Shown in pieces: positions 1 to 9,480 of a DNA stretch of 64,000 nt. Position numbers and translations under genes: made by a program. The notes beneath the pieces are model-generated. The model did not search any database. It was not told where the DNA came from and saw nothing but the letters and a program-made list of their open reading frames with translations. This DNA comes from Oligoflexia bacterium. Its GTDB lineage: Bacteria > Bdellovibrionota > UBA1018. Positions within the stretch are counted from its first letter, which is position 1; every line of letters starts with the position of its first letter. The stretch spans positions 864,001 to 928,000 of the forward strand of contig CAVWVI010000003.1 of NCBI GenBank assembly GCA_963758495.1. Direction: 5' to 3'.

Positions 1-1025
1 GCAACAACTCGAACATCCACCTTCTTCTGTTCAATTCCACCTACAGGAGTGAGGGTTCCTTCCTGGAGTACACGAAGAAGTTTAACTTGCATGGATAGCG
101 CCATATCTCCAATTTCATCTAAAAATAAGGTTCCATTATGAGCGGCTTCAAATAGCCCCTTTTTATCTTTCACGGCACCCGTAAAAGAACCCTTCACGTG
201 ACCAAAAAGCTCACTGTCTAACAAATTTTCATTAAAAGCAGAGCAGTTCACAGTGGTAAACTGCGAATCTTTTCTAGGCGAATTATAATGAATTGCGCGT
301 GCGATCAATTCCTTTCCTGTTCCATTTTCGCCTTGAATCAAAACGGTGGACTCTGAGTTTCTAATTTTATCTAACAGACCATAAAGTTCTTGCATCGGTT
401 TGGATTTGCCGATCATGGAATCGTAGCTATAACGATTCTCTAATTGATTATTGAGAGCATTGATTCTTTCTTCTCGTTTACTGATCTCTGTATGAAAGGT
501 GACGATTTCCTGCGCTACGAGATCGACAAGTTCAGAAAAATATTTTTTCTGAGCATCCGTTAAAACTCGAAAATGAGAGGGATTAGAACTAAACCCGTTT
601 CCATCCGCACCTAACGCCTCACAGGTCGCTTTGAGTTTCGATTTGGCCTCTTCTGAAAGCTCATTCTCTAAATAAGAGTAAGCAATCACACTTCCTAAAA
701 AATCATTCTCTACACTAATGCGAGATACCCGAATCTTCTCTACCCCAGCAGGACCAGTTAATACTAGACGGTGCTCATCCCCTTGAAATACTTTTTCATT
801 AGCATCGGCAAACGCCTTAAATAAAACTTCACGACCCTTCTCTTTTTTAAGAAAAACGGCAGATAAAGGATTCTTAAATTCTTTATGTTTATAATCAGCG
901 AGGTCGTGATTCCTAATTTGACCTCTCTCATCGACAAAAAAGATATCTGTATCAAACCATTGGGCAAGAATCTCTTCAAGTTTGCGAATTACATGGATAT
1001 GCTTCAACTCTTGCCAATTAATCAT
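1..1025 (-). CDS. Sigma-54-dependent transcriptional activator (N-terminal sensory domain + AAA+), runs off the left edge
   Basis: Hand translation from ATG 1025 ([11 protein letters not shown]...) reaches Walker A GENGTGKE; downstream sequence encodes [16 protein letters not shown] and [10 protein letters not shown]. Confidence 0.9.
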   Translation of the reverse strand, partial: MINWQELKHIHVIRKLEEILAQWFDTDIFFVDERGQIRNHDLADYKHKEFKNPLSAVFLKKEKGREVLFKAFADANEKVFQGDEHRLVLTGPAGVEKIRVSRISVENDFLGSVIAYSYLENELSEEAKSKLKATCEALGADGNGFSSNPSHFRVLTDAQKKYFSELVDLVAQEIVTFHTEISKREERINALNNQLENRYSYDSMIGKSKPMQELYGLLDKIRNSESTVLIQGENGTGKELIARAIHYNSPRKDSQFTTVNCSAFNENLLDSELFGHVKGSFTGAVKDKKGLFEAAHNGTLFLDEIGDMALSMQVKLLRVLQEGTLTPVGGIEQKKVDVRVV

Positions 1026-1248
1026 ACACAATACCCCTTTATTAAGATGTTATAGTACGTATCGGCAGCACCCAAGAAATACTGTATAGAAAATAACGAG
1101 TATTGTTTTTCTACGGGGGAGCTTAAGTTAATATCAATAAAAATAGCTAGTTACAAACCATGTCACATCCATATACACTGTTTAATAATTATCACACTTA
1201 ATACAGCTGTTTTCATCCACTCAAACTGCATCCCAATTAAGTGAGATC

Positions 1249-1635
1249 TTGAACCTAAAATCTGAGTGTACGATTTCGTTTGAAGGGGAGCGAATTGAGA
1301 ACGAAAATTCGGATCTAATCGCTCCTATTAAGCAGCTTAAGAAGCTGATGAATCTGAAGGCCAAGGAATTCTACTATCAGGAACGTGAGAAGGAAATCCA
1401 GGAGCAGAGACTCCCAGTGGCAACACCATCGATAAGATCGTCAGAATCTTCTCAATCTACAGAAGCTTCCTCTTCAAGTCAGGGTCGAGAATATGGATTG
1501 AAAAGAGCCTGGCAGCACTTTATAGGCAAGATCGAGGCTCCACAATCAGAGGTCATCGAGACAACTCCAGTATTCCTGGAGCGATGGCACGGGCGCTGGA
1601 GTCTTCGCTGCGAGTCTGAGCAATTCCGCATCTGA
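1249..1635 (+). CDS. Hypothetical protein or gene fragment
   Basis: 128-aa ORF, Ser/Glu-rich, no recognisable motif, weak start. Confidence 0.3.
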   Translation: MNLKSECTISFEGERIENENSDLIAPIKQLKKLMNLKAKEFYYQEREKEIQEQRLPVATPSIRSSESSQSTEASSSSQGREYGLKRAWQHFIGKIEAPQSEVIETTPVFLERWHGRWSLRCESEQFRI

Positions 1636-1737
1636 CTCGTCCGCGGATGTCGGGTTTCGGTGTGCTTTTAGCCCTCAGAACTAGGTGCTAGCAAGGAGAT
1701 GGGCGTGCAGAGCCCTCATCCCGCTCTATTCCTCATT

Positions 1738-2769
1738 CTATAGCGACTGAACTCGAACCTCTTTTGGCGCAATCTGAAATTCCGCGCCTCGCGTCTCTTT
1801 AGCTTCGAGAATATCTCCGTCTACTTCAAAAAGAGGATGGGGCTTGGATTCACTTTCGAGTAAGCGCACTTCAACATGCTTACCACTCGTGCGAAGGACT
1901 CCTGGGACATGATCCCAATTATTACGAAGGATATCTGGTAAACATTTTACGAGTGTTTGCGTATCGAAAGGCTGAAGTATGAAAATATTAAATAGTCCAT
2001 CGTCCAACTTTCCATCAGGTTCCCAGCAAACGCCCCCCCCGCTGTAGCGACCATTCAGGATGATTCCAAAAAAGATTTTGCCTTCAAAAAAAGATTTGCC
2101 ATCTACTTTCACTCGGACCGCCAGAGATCGATACTCCATCAATGCAAGAATGCCCTGAAGGCGATAGGTCCAACTTCCTTTTGCCATGATTTTGCCTAAT
2201 ATTCCGGCATTTTTCTGAACTTTATCCACTAAGAGTCCAGCAAACCCAAAGCCAACGGAGTTGATAAACCGAATCTGATTTTTCTGGGGTGACTCCATCC
2301 ACTGCATTTCACCAATATCAATCTGGGAAGGGGTCCCTGTTTTAATTAGGTGAATTCCATCTTCTAAAGTCGGTCGGACTTGATTCCAGCGCTTATGAGA
2401 TAAGGATTTAAAAAAATCATCCCCTCGCCCACCGGGTAAAGGCAAAATAACGGCATCTGAAATCCGATGAGACTGATCATCATAGAATCCTCGGAGCGCC
2501 TCAGACAGCGTGCCATCCCCTCCCACCACCACTACTTTTTTAACGCCCTCCAAAAGAGCTTTTCTGACAATATGAGTACCGTGCTCGCCCTTTGTTGTGA
2601 AGACGACTTGGACTTTTCGCTCTCCCAATGCTTCGAGTACTTGACTCTCCCATTGGGGCCATTCTTCTCCCATTTTTCCTTTACGGGCATTGGGATTCAC
2701 TAAAACCAGGGTCTGGATAGAGTCGCTCTGCATGTATGCCTGTCCCCACTTAATTTTGAAGTTCTTCAA
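1738..2769 (-). CDS. Diacylglycerol kinase family (YegS/DgkB-like) lipid kinase
   Basis: VNPNARKG, VVGGDGTLSE, LPGGRGDDF, NGRYSGGG, EVDGD motifs. Confidence 0.9.
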   Translation of the reverse strand: MKNFKIKWGQAYMQSDSIQTLVLVNPNARKGKMGEEWPQWESQVLEALGERKVQVVFTTKGEHGTHIVRKALLEGVKKVVVVGGDGTLSEALRGFYDDQSHRISDAVILPLPGGRGDDFFKSLSHKRWNQVRPTLEDGIHLIKTGTPSQIDIGEMQWMESPQKNQIRFINSVGFGFAGLLVDKVQKNAGILGKIMAKGSWTYRLQGILALMEYRSLAVRVKVDGKSFFEGKIFFGIILNGRYSGGGVCWEPDGKLDDGLFNIFILQPFDTQTLVKCLPDILRNNWDHVPGVLRTSGKHVEVRLLESESKPHPLFEVDGDILEAKETRGAEFQIAPKEVRVQSL

Positions 2770-3697
2770 AAGCTAGGATGGCTACATGAGAATCCAAAGC
2801 TTTACGAAAGTGGTCAGCACAGCGTTTACTCATACAAAGAATACCGTCTGCACGGTGCTGATCTCGTTCCCAAAACTCCCGAGCCATTTGAAGAGACTGA
2901 GATGGAAATAACCTAGGGTAAGCTCCTTCTCCTCCACAGTCTATACAATCATGACCTTGAGCGAAAGGTCGTTTCAATTGAAGTCCTGCCATCCGGGCTG
3001 CCTCAATCCAAGTTTGTAAATCATGAACCCGATTCAAATGTCGACTCAACCAAACTGACTCATGCAAGAGCCAAGTTTTTCCTGAAAGTTTCTTTTTAAT
3101 AGAATCTGAAATAGCCTCATGAAGCCAGGGTTCCCAAGTTAATGATCCAGTAAAGCCTTTTTGGCGTAAAAAGAACAAGGATCGAGGTTCTCGTACCCCG
3201 GTATTTCGATTTTGATTTTTTTTAGTAAATTTTTCAAGTCTACGAATAGAGGAATCTTCATCTCCTAATTCGTCAGCCAAATCTCCAACTGGATCGATTT
3301 CATCGGTAAGCTCAGCGGCCGCTTTCGTGGCGAATTCCCATTTATGCAGTTTTCTCGCTTCAAAAAGCTGATCCATAACAGGCATTTCATAAACACAATA
3401 TTCGGTGCATCGACCACACCCAGTACAATCATAAATGGGCCACAAAGGGCCGCCTTGGGCGCTTTGTCCTGGCCATTTTTTTTCTTTATAAAGCAATCCC
3501 ATCTTATTGCATGGAGTCACAGCATCGTTTCCACTCACGACTGCTGTCGGACAAGAAAAGCGGCACATTTCCGGACAGTAGACACAAGCGATTGGACTTT
3601 TTGAGTCGCCCCCCGGAAATCGAAGCAAAGTTTTATGAAGTACCGCCTTAGAGGCCCATTTTAGAGGGGTTAAGACGATTTTCGGGATCAAACCCAT
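2750..3697 (-). CDS. Fe-S-binding protein (GlpC/GlcF-like, degenerate CCG domain)
   Basis: CVYCPEMCRFSCP and CTGCGRCTEYC clusters, DCIDCGG near C-terminus. Confidence 0.8.
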   Translation of the reverse strand: MGLIPKIVLTPLKWASKAVLHKTLLRFPGGDSKSPIACVYCPEMCRFSCPTAVVSGNDAVTPCNKMGLLYKEKKWPGQSAQGGPLWPIYDCTGCGRCTEYCVYEMPVMDQLFEARKLHKWEFATKAAAELTDEIDPVGDLADELGDEDSSIRRLEKFTKKNQNRNTGVREPRSLFFLRQKGFTGSLTWEPWLHEAISDSIKKKLSGKTWLLHESVWLSRHLNRVHDLQTWIEAARMAGLQLKRPFAQGHDCIDCGGEGAYPRLFPSQSLQMAREFWERDQHRADGILCMSKRCADHFRKALDSHVAILAFEELQN

Positions 3698-5132
3698 TTT
3701 TCACCTTTCGAAACAGCTCAATCCAAGGCCCTTTTTCTTGGCGAATCCATTCATTTTTTAAAGTACCCACACCGTGATGGTGACTTAAAGTCGCTCCTGC
3801 TTCATAGGCGGCCTTAAGCATTTTATTCCAGATTTCATCATAGCGCTTCACTGGCGAGGTCATCACGCCTGCATGACTCACCAACGAAAAATAGATATTT
3901 GCACCCGTGTGGTAAAAATGACTGAAATGCGCCAAAATCACGCCCATTCCAACCGAAACACCCTTAACAGCATGATAAACACCTTCAAGCTTATCCCAGG
4001 TCGTTGCTAACTCAAAAGTATCCAGTATCATTCGCTCATGACTTAAGATCAATTGCTGTTTGTAGGAGACATCGTAGCGATGCTCCCACCAATGCTGTCC
4101 CAAGTCGGGTCCAAGAAATTGGAGCCCCAAACGTTCAGCAAGCTCTCGAGCATCCCTGGCTTCGAGCTCAGTCATTTTTTTACGACCTTCAAAGATTGCC
4201 ACAACAGCGGCTTTACCTGAAAATCCACATCGATTTAATAAATCAGAATTAAGTGTAAGTGAGGTTTCTAAAGGATCGTAAATACGTAAAACTGCAGGTT
4301 TAATTCCACTTTGCATGAGTTTACGAGTGAATTCGAGAGCTAATCCGAGATCGGCCACCCCGTATCCCTGCATGATTCTTTCTTCTGGAAGATCATGAAT
4401 CTGTAAACATGCAGCAGTAAAAAACCCAAGTGTTCCTTCAGTGCCTATTAAAAGATGAGTCCAGTCTGGCCCCATCGCACTTCTTGGCGCACGTCCTGTT
4501 TCGGTAATCGTCCCATCGGGAAGTACAAACTCAACGGACAGCACCATGTCTTCGATTTTTCCGTACTTTGTAGAAAGCTGTCCAGCTGAACGAGTCGCTA
4601 AATACCCCCCCAAGCTACTGCAATAGATCGATGAAGGAAAATGACCTAAGGTCAGTCCCTCTTGATTTAAATGTCGTTCGAGATTTTCCCCAATAATTCC
4701 AGCCTCTACCCAAACAGTCATGGATTTTCGATCAATAGATCGAACCTTTTTCATTGCCTTTAAATCCACGATCACTCGGGGCCGCATTTCTAATTCAGAA
4801 GCGACTGTAGCGCCACAAACCCCCGAACCGGCACCGTAAGGATAGAGGCTTACGTTAGCTTGGCTTGCCCATTTGAGGACTTCAGATACTTGCTCAGGGC
4901 TCTCCGGCCAAATCACTAAGTCCATTTGAGGTTGAGGGGGGCCGTCTTCACGCAATTCTAAGAGTTTTCGTGGCCAAAGGTCTTGAGAGTAAGCCTGGAG
5001 CACGAGAAGATCCGTGCTGAATTGAATTCCAGAGGCAGTGAGGTGGGGAAGAAAAGAGGATAACGACCCAAACCGCACCTTCGAAGCTTTTTGCTCGAGG
5101 TTTGATTTCAACTGACTTGGCATCCTAGGCAA
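3648..5132 (-). CDS. FAD-binding oxidoreductase, alkyl-dihydroxyacetonephosphate synthase (ADPS)-like
   Basis: PYGAGSGVCG, GHFPSSIYCSSLGGYLATRSAGQLSTKYGKIED, GTEGTLG, HFSHFY, SHHHGVG. Confidence 0.85.
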   Translation of the reverse strand: MPRMPSQLKSNLEQKASKVRFGSLSSFLPHLTASGIQFSTDLLVLQAYSQDLWPRKLLELREDGPPQPQMDLVIWPESPEQVSEVLKWASQANVSLYPYGAGSGVCGATVASELEMRPRVIVDLKAMKKVRSIDRKSMTVWVEAGIIGENLERHLNQEGLTLGHFPSSIYCSSLGGYLATRSAGQLSTKYGKIEDMVLSVEFVLPDGTITETGRAPRSAMGPDWTHLLIGTEGTLGFFTAACLQIHDLPEERIMQGYGVADLGLALEFTRKLMQSGIKPAVLRIYDPLETSLTLNSDLLNRCGFSGKAAVVAIFEGRKKMTELEARDARELAERLGLQFLGPDLGQHWWEHRYDVSYKQQLILSHERMILDTFELATTWDKLEGVYHAVKGVSVGMGVILAHFSHFYHTGANIYFSLVSHAGVMTSPVKRYDEIWNKMLKAAYEAGATLSHHHGVGTLKNEWIRQEKGPWIELFRKVKNGFDPENRLNPSKMGL

Positions 5133-5153
5133 TCTCCATTAGAAGTAATAGCT

Positions 5154-6395
5154 GTGAGCAACTATCTATTTTTTGATAGCACGTCAACGACAAAATGTTG
5201 CGATGCTGCGGCCAAATCGGTTCAATATTATTGCAGTGAAGACTATGGGAATCCTTCGTCAAATCACCTCTGGGGGCATAAAGCGGCACGAGCGCTCCGA
5301 GAGGCTCGCCATTTCTTTGCAGATACCTTTAAAGTATCCCCCGAGCAGGTCATTTTCACTGGAAGCGGAAGCGAAGCCAATAATCTTGCCATTTATGGGA
5401 TTACCACTCATGCATTCACTTTGAACCCATCCCAAACAAAGTCCACAAACTCCGTTAAAACCCTCCGCGTTCTTACCCCTCCAACCGAGCACCCGTCTGT
5501 TCGTAAAACAGTCGAGTCTCTCCATGATTTTGGGATCGAAACCCAATGGATTCCTGTTGATTCCTCCGGCCAGGTCATTGAGGACAAATATCTAGAACTT
5601 CTTACTTTAAATACCAAGCTTGTCAGTATTCAACAGGTCAATAATATTGTAGGTACCCGATTGCCCGTAGAGGCTCTCGCACAAATCGCGAAAAAACAGG
5701 TACCACTTACTGTATTTCATACTGATGCAGTCCAATCATTTGGGAAAATCGATGTTCCACGATTTCCTTCAGCTATCGATTTAGTTTCCATTTCAGGACA
5801 CAAAATTGAAGGACCTAAAGGAGTAGGTGCACTCATTGTTTTAAATAAAAATATGATCCCCAATCAATTAAGACCTCTCATCTGGGGTGGAGAACAAGAA
5901 AACGGGTTTCGTTCTGGCACACAAAATGTGGGTTTAATCGTCGGGTTTCAAATCGCCGCTCAAAGAATGCTTGAGCGACAAAAAAACAGTTTTGAACATG
6001 TCCGTCGTCTGAGAGAACGACTTCATGAGCTTCTTCTATCAAAAAAATTGCTCACACCCTCTCCTCGTGAGGGAAGAGTTTTTTGGAATAGCCCTGCTCA
6101 AGCAGTTCCTCATATTGTGAGCCTGAGTGTTCCAGGATTGCCGGCGGCCCCTTTGGCAAAGCTTCTGGAAGAAAGGCATTGCCTGGTTTCAGTGGGATCT
6201 GCGTGCAGCTCTCGAAAGCCCCAACCTGACCCCGTACTCAATGCGATGGGTTTTTCTGCCGATATTCAAAATTCTACAATTCGAGTCAGCTTATCAGAGC
6301 AGATTCAACCTCATGATGTGGAAACATTAGTCCATGCATTGGATGACTCCATTCAACTGATGGGTAAACTCATGGGAAAGCGCCTCAAAAAATAA
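5154..6395 (+). CDS. iscS: Cysteine desulfurase (IscS/NifS family)
   Basis: GNPSS, FTGSGSEANN, HTDAVQ, SGHKIEGPKGVG, RSGT, VSVGSACSS. Confidence 0.92.
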   Translation: MSNYLFFDSTSTTKCCDAAAKSVQYYCSEDYGNPSSNHLWGHKAARALREARHFFADTFKVSPEQVIFTGSGSEANNLAIYGITTHAFTLNPSQTKSTNSVKTLRVLTPPTEHPSVRKTVESLHDFGIETQWIPVDSSGQVIEDKYLELLTLNTKLVSIQQVNNIVGTRLPVEALAQIAKKQVPLTVFHTDAVQSFGKIDVPRFPSAIDLVSISGHKIEGPKGVGALIVLNKNMIPNQLRPLIWGGEQENGFRSGTQNVGLIVGFQIAAQRMLERQKNSFEHVRRLRERLHELLLSKKLLTPSPREGRVFWNSPAQAVPHIVSLSVPGLPAAPLAKLLEERHCLVSVGSACSSRKPQPDPVLNAMGFSADIQNSTIRVSLSEQIQPHDVETLVHALDDSIQLMGKLMGKRLKK

Positions 6396-6462
6396 GTGAA
6401 TAAGTGAACAGATAAATAAACAGACAAGCCAGTGAACAAGCAAATGAAAGGACACGTGTACC

Positions 6463-7641
6463 ATGACCGATCGATCGATCGTTTTACGATATCATGAAAT
6501 AGCATTAAAAGGAGACAATCGAGGTTGGTTTGAAGATCGACTCATGACGAATGTCAAAAAACTCATAGAACGAACTGGCAATCCTTCAAACAAAGTCATA
6601 GTCAGGCAACACTTCGGAAGAATCGAGGTTGAAGCCGATTGGAATGATGCCACTCAAGAAGCTCTCACTCGAGTTTTTGGATTATCCAGCTTTAGCCCCA
6701 TGAGAAAAGTAACGACCGAGAAGTCCGCTCTATTAGAAGCGGCCTTAGAGGAGTTTGAAATTTATAAAAGCCGAAATGGCCTGCCTCAATCCTTCAGAGT
6801 GCTATCTCGCCGAAGTGACAAAGCGCTCGCTGAAACTTCCACAGAAATAAATCAGTGGATAGGTTCCGCCATTAAAGAAAAATACCCTTCTCTCGTCGTC
6901 GATTTAAAAAATCCTCATTTTACACTTGGAGTTGAAGTCCGGTTTAAACAGTCCTTTATCTGGACTGAACGAATCAGAGCTCAAGGCGGACTTCCGGTAG
7001 GTTCAAATGCCCGTGTTCTGAGTTTAATGTCGGGGGGATTAGATTCACCCGTGGCTGCTATTCAAGTCCTACGGAGAGGATCATCTACTTCATTTATCCA
7101 TTTTTATGGGGCACCCTTTGTGGGAGAAGAAGTTTTGGAAAAAATTCAGGACCTTGTTCGTATCGTGAATCAATATCAACCGGATCCCCAACCTCTTTAT
7201 GTGATTCCTTTTGGGAAAATTCAGGAAAAAATCGCACTCGCAACAAACCCAAAGGTGAGAACCCTATTGTATCGAAGAATGATGATTCGAATTGCAAATG
7301 AAGCCGCAAAAGTACTTAAGGCTAAAGCACTTGTTACTGGGGAAAGTTTAGGCCAGGTCGCAAGTCAAACTGTTGAAAATATGGGAACTATCAACTCCGT
7401 CGCAGAACTTCCCATTCTTCGTCCCCTCATTACTTATGATAAAGACGAAATTATTGAAAAAGCGAAATTTTGGGGTACTTTTGAAACTTCGATTCGACCG
7501 GGTTTAGATTGCTGTACGCTTTTTGCTGATCGTCATCCTACTTTACGTTCGACGGTTTCTCTCCTTGAAGAACAAGAACAGAAATTTCCTGTAGCAGATT
7601 TTGTTCAAGAAGCTTTGGCTGGAGTTGAAAAGCTATTTTAA
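6463..7641 (+). CDS. thiI: tRNA 4-thiouridine synthase ThiI (short form, no rhodanese domain)
   Basis: RYHEIALKGDNR, THUMP region, GGLPVG, SGGLDSPVA, TGESLGQVASQT, DCC. Confidence 0.95.
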   Translation: MTDRSIVLRYHEIALKGDNRGWFEDRLMTNVKKLIERTGNPSNKVIVRQHFGRIEVEADWNDATQEALTRVFGLSSFSPMRKVTTEKSALLEAALEEFEIYKSRNGLPQSFRVLSRRSDKALAETSTEINQWIGSAIKEKYPSLVVDLKNPHFTLGVEVRFKQSFIWTERIRAQGGLPVGSNARVLSLMSGGLDSPVAAIQVLRRGSSTSFIHFYGAPFVGEEVLEKIQDLVRIVNQYQPDPQPLYVIPFGKIQEKIALATNPKVRTLLYRRMMIRIANEAAKVLKAKALVTGESLGQVASQTVENMGTINSVAELPILRPLITYDKDEIIEKAKFWGTFETSIRPGLDCCTLFADRHPTLRSTVSLLEEQEQKFPVADFVQEALAGVEKLF

Positions 7642-8304
7642 AAATCGTTCGATAAATTCATGGATTTGGGGACTACTCCAATCTTGAGGTCCAACCCATT
7701 TCATGATGATTTTTGATTCGGGGCTAATCAAATAGGTTTCTGGGAATTGAAAGGTTCCGTAGACATCCGGTGTTTTTCCAGACATATCTAATAATGACGT
7801 AATATTATTAGGTAAATTTTGATCAGGTAATATTTTTAAAGCATCATCCCATTTTTGATCCAAACTAATAGCAACCAGCTTCAGAGGTCGATTTTTAAAA
7901 AACGCTCCTAACTCAACCCACTGAGGTATTTCATCCAGACAAGGAGGGCACCAGCTTGCCCAAAAGTGCAAGATGACGGTCGCCCCTTGAAAGTCCTTTA
8001 AACTCACGATTTTTCCCGCTCGGCTGGGTAAGGTAAACACTGGAGCTTCCCTCAGAGTAGAAGCTGTGGGTGCAGAAGGACTCAAGTGCATGAACGTAGA
8101 GTTTTGATTTTTTTGACCCCTCGTGTAGGTAAAAATCACGCCTGTTAGAATGACCAAAACTACCCCTAGCAAAAGAACACGACGCATCGAGCTAAGTGGC
8201 TTTATTATTTTATGTGCCATATTATGCGTCATTTTATGGGGGTTATGGGGGTTATGAGGGTTATGAGAGATCTTAACTGTAGCGTGACGCTTTGCTTTTA
8301 TCAT
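7633..8304 (-). CDS. TlpA/ResA-family thiol-disulfide oxidoreductase (true start probably downstream, e.g. 8187)
   Basis: N-terminal TM segment, HFWASWCPPC, FPETYLI. Confidence 0.88.
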   Translation of the reverse strand: MIKAKRHATVKISHNPHNPHNPHKMTHNMAHKIIKPLSSMRRVLLLGVVLVILTGVIFTYTRGQKNQNSTFMHLSPSAPTASTLREAPVFTLPSRAGKIVSLKDFQGATVILHFWASWCPPCLDEIPQWVELGAFFKNRPLKLVAISLDQKWDDALKILPDQNLPNNITSLLDMSGKTPDVYGTFQFPETYLISPESKIIMKWVGPQDWSSPQIHEFIERFLK

Positions 8305-8412
8305 GGTGCCTCATAATACTAGATACTGACTCTACTTGATACTTGCTGAATTCTTAGCGTCCTACTTTAGAAGAAGTTGCAAGCTCTTTCAATTACCATT
8401 TATAATAGATTC

Positions 8413-8976
8413 ATGAACCATGCACTCGTCCTTAACGCATCGTTCGAACCGCTTCACATCGTAACTTGGCAACGAGCGATTCAGCTTCTTTTTCAAGGTA
8501 AAGTGGAAGTGGTCGAAGAATCCGATCAGGAAGTGAGAACGGTGCGGTTTACCATTAAAATTCCTGCAGTTCTACGTCTCCTGAACTATGTGCCTCTTGC
8601 CAGGAAAAAGGAAATAGTTCGCTTTTCTCGAGTCAATATCTTCCTCAGAGACCAAAATATTTGCCAATACTGTGGAAACCCCTTTAATAAGGCTCACTTG
8701 ACCCTCGATCATGTCATGCCTATTGTTCAAGGAGGAAAAAAATGCTGGGAAAATATCGTGACTGCCTGCAAACCCTGCAATCAACAAAAAGGAGGAAGAA
8801 CACCTCCTCAAGCTGGAATGCACCTCATTCGAAAACCTAAGCAGCCCAATTGGCTTCCCATCACAAATCTACAATTGGGAATTACTCGTACACCTGAAAG
8901 ATGGAAAATCTACATGAGATTAGAAAAAAATAGGGGAACGAATAGAGAACTAGGCACTGATGACGACCTCGAGTAA
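8413..8976 (+). CDS. HNH endonuclease
   Basis: LVLNASFEPL, RDQNICQYCG, TLDHVMP, WENIVTACKPCNQQKG. Confidence 0.9.
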   Translation: MNHALVLNASFEPLHIVTWQRAIQLLFQGKVEVVEESDQEVRTVRFTIKIPAVLRLLNYVPLARKKEIVRFSRVNIFLRDQNICQYCGNPFNKAHLTLDHVMPIVQGGKKCWENIVTACKPCNQQKGGRTPPQAGMHLIRKPKQPNWLPITNLQLGITRTPERWKIYMRLEKNRGTNRELGTDDDLE

Positions 8977-9003
8977 GGTATTCGAAGTGAGGAGAAATTC
9001 GTT

Positions 9004-9480
9004 TTGGGCTCTAGCAATACTCTAGATCACTTGATGCAATCTTATGGCGATCTACTTTTCGATTTATGTGAGTCGATGTTTAGGAATACAGATCATTCAC
9101 AAATTGTCTTTCGTTCAATTTTAAAAAAAATTAATTTTGAAAGTCGATTTCGGAAATACTCACGCTATGAACGTGCCTGGATTGTTAAAACTGCCTTTGA
9201 ACAACTTTTAGAATTCTGCCATCAAACTGATTCAAAAACTTCTCCTTTAGAACAAATCAAATTAGATGGAAGTAAGAATGTTTCCATTAGACTGGACAAT
9301 TTCAACTCTTATTTTCACCGACTGATGCCAGAAGATCAGATTTTACTTTTGCTAAAAGATAAGTATGGATTTCCTGATACGGAGATTTCAACCGTAATGA
9401 GTACTCCTGTGGGCTCTTTAAAAATAAGACGCCAACAAGCACTTCGCGCACTCGAGGAGTGGCTTTGGAACGGACAATGA
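9004..9480 (+). CDS. Divergent ECF-type sigma factor-like protein
   Basis: Region-2-like YGDLLFDLC..RAWI and region-4-like LMPEDQILLLL..EISTVMSTPVGSLKIRRQQAL; GAGGAG RBS before TTG. Confidence 0.7.
   Translation: MGSSNTLDHLMQSYGDLLFDLCESMFRNTDHSQIVFRSILKKINFESRFRKYSRYERAWIVKTAFEQLLEFCHQTDSKTSPLEQIKLDGSKNVSIRLDNFNSYFHRLMPEDQILLLLKDKYGFPDTEISTVMSTPVGSLKIRRQQALRALEEWLWNGQ

Noticed and set aside
764..979. 71-aa ORF and the many short antisense or overlapping ORFs in the track
   Set aside because: Shadow frames of well-supported genes
1670..1683. Possible further REP-like copy AGCCCTCAGAACTA
   Set aside because: Too short and gapped to distinguish from chance
6392..6448. Repeats between iscS and thiI as a CRISPR or regulatory array
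   Set aside because: Degenerate 8-mer microsatellite without spacers; no CRISPR array, cas gene, tRNA or rRNA was seen in the window
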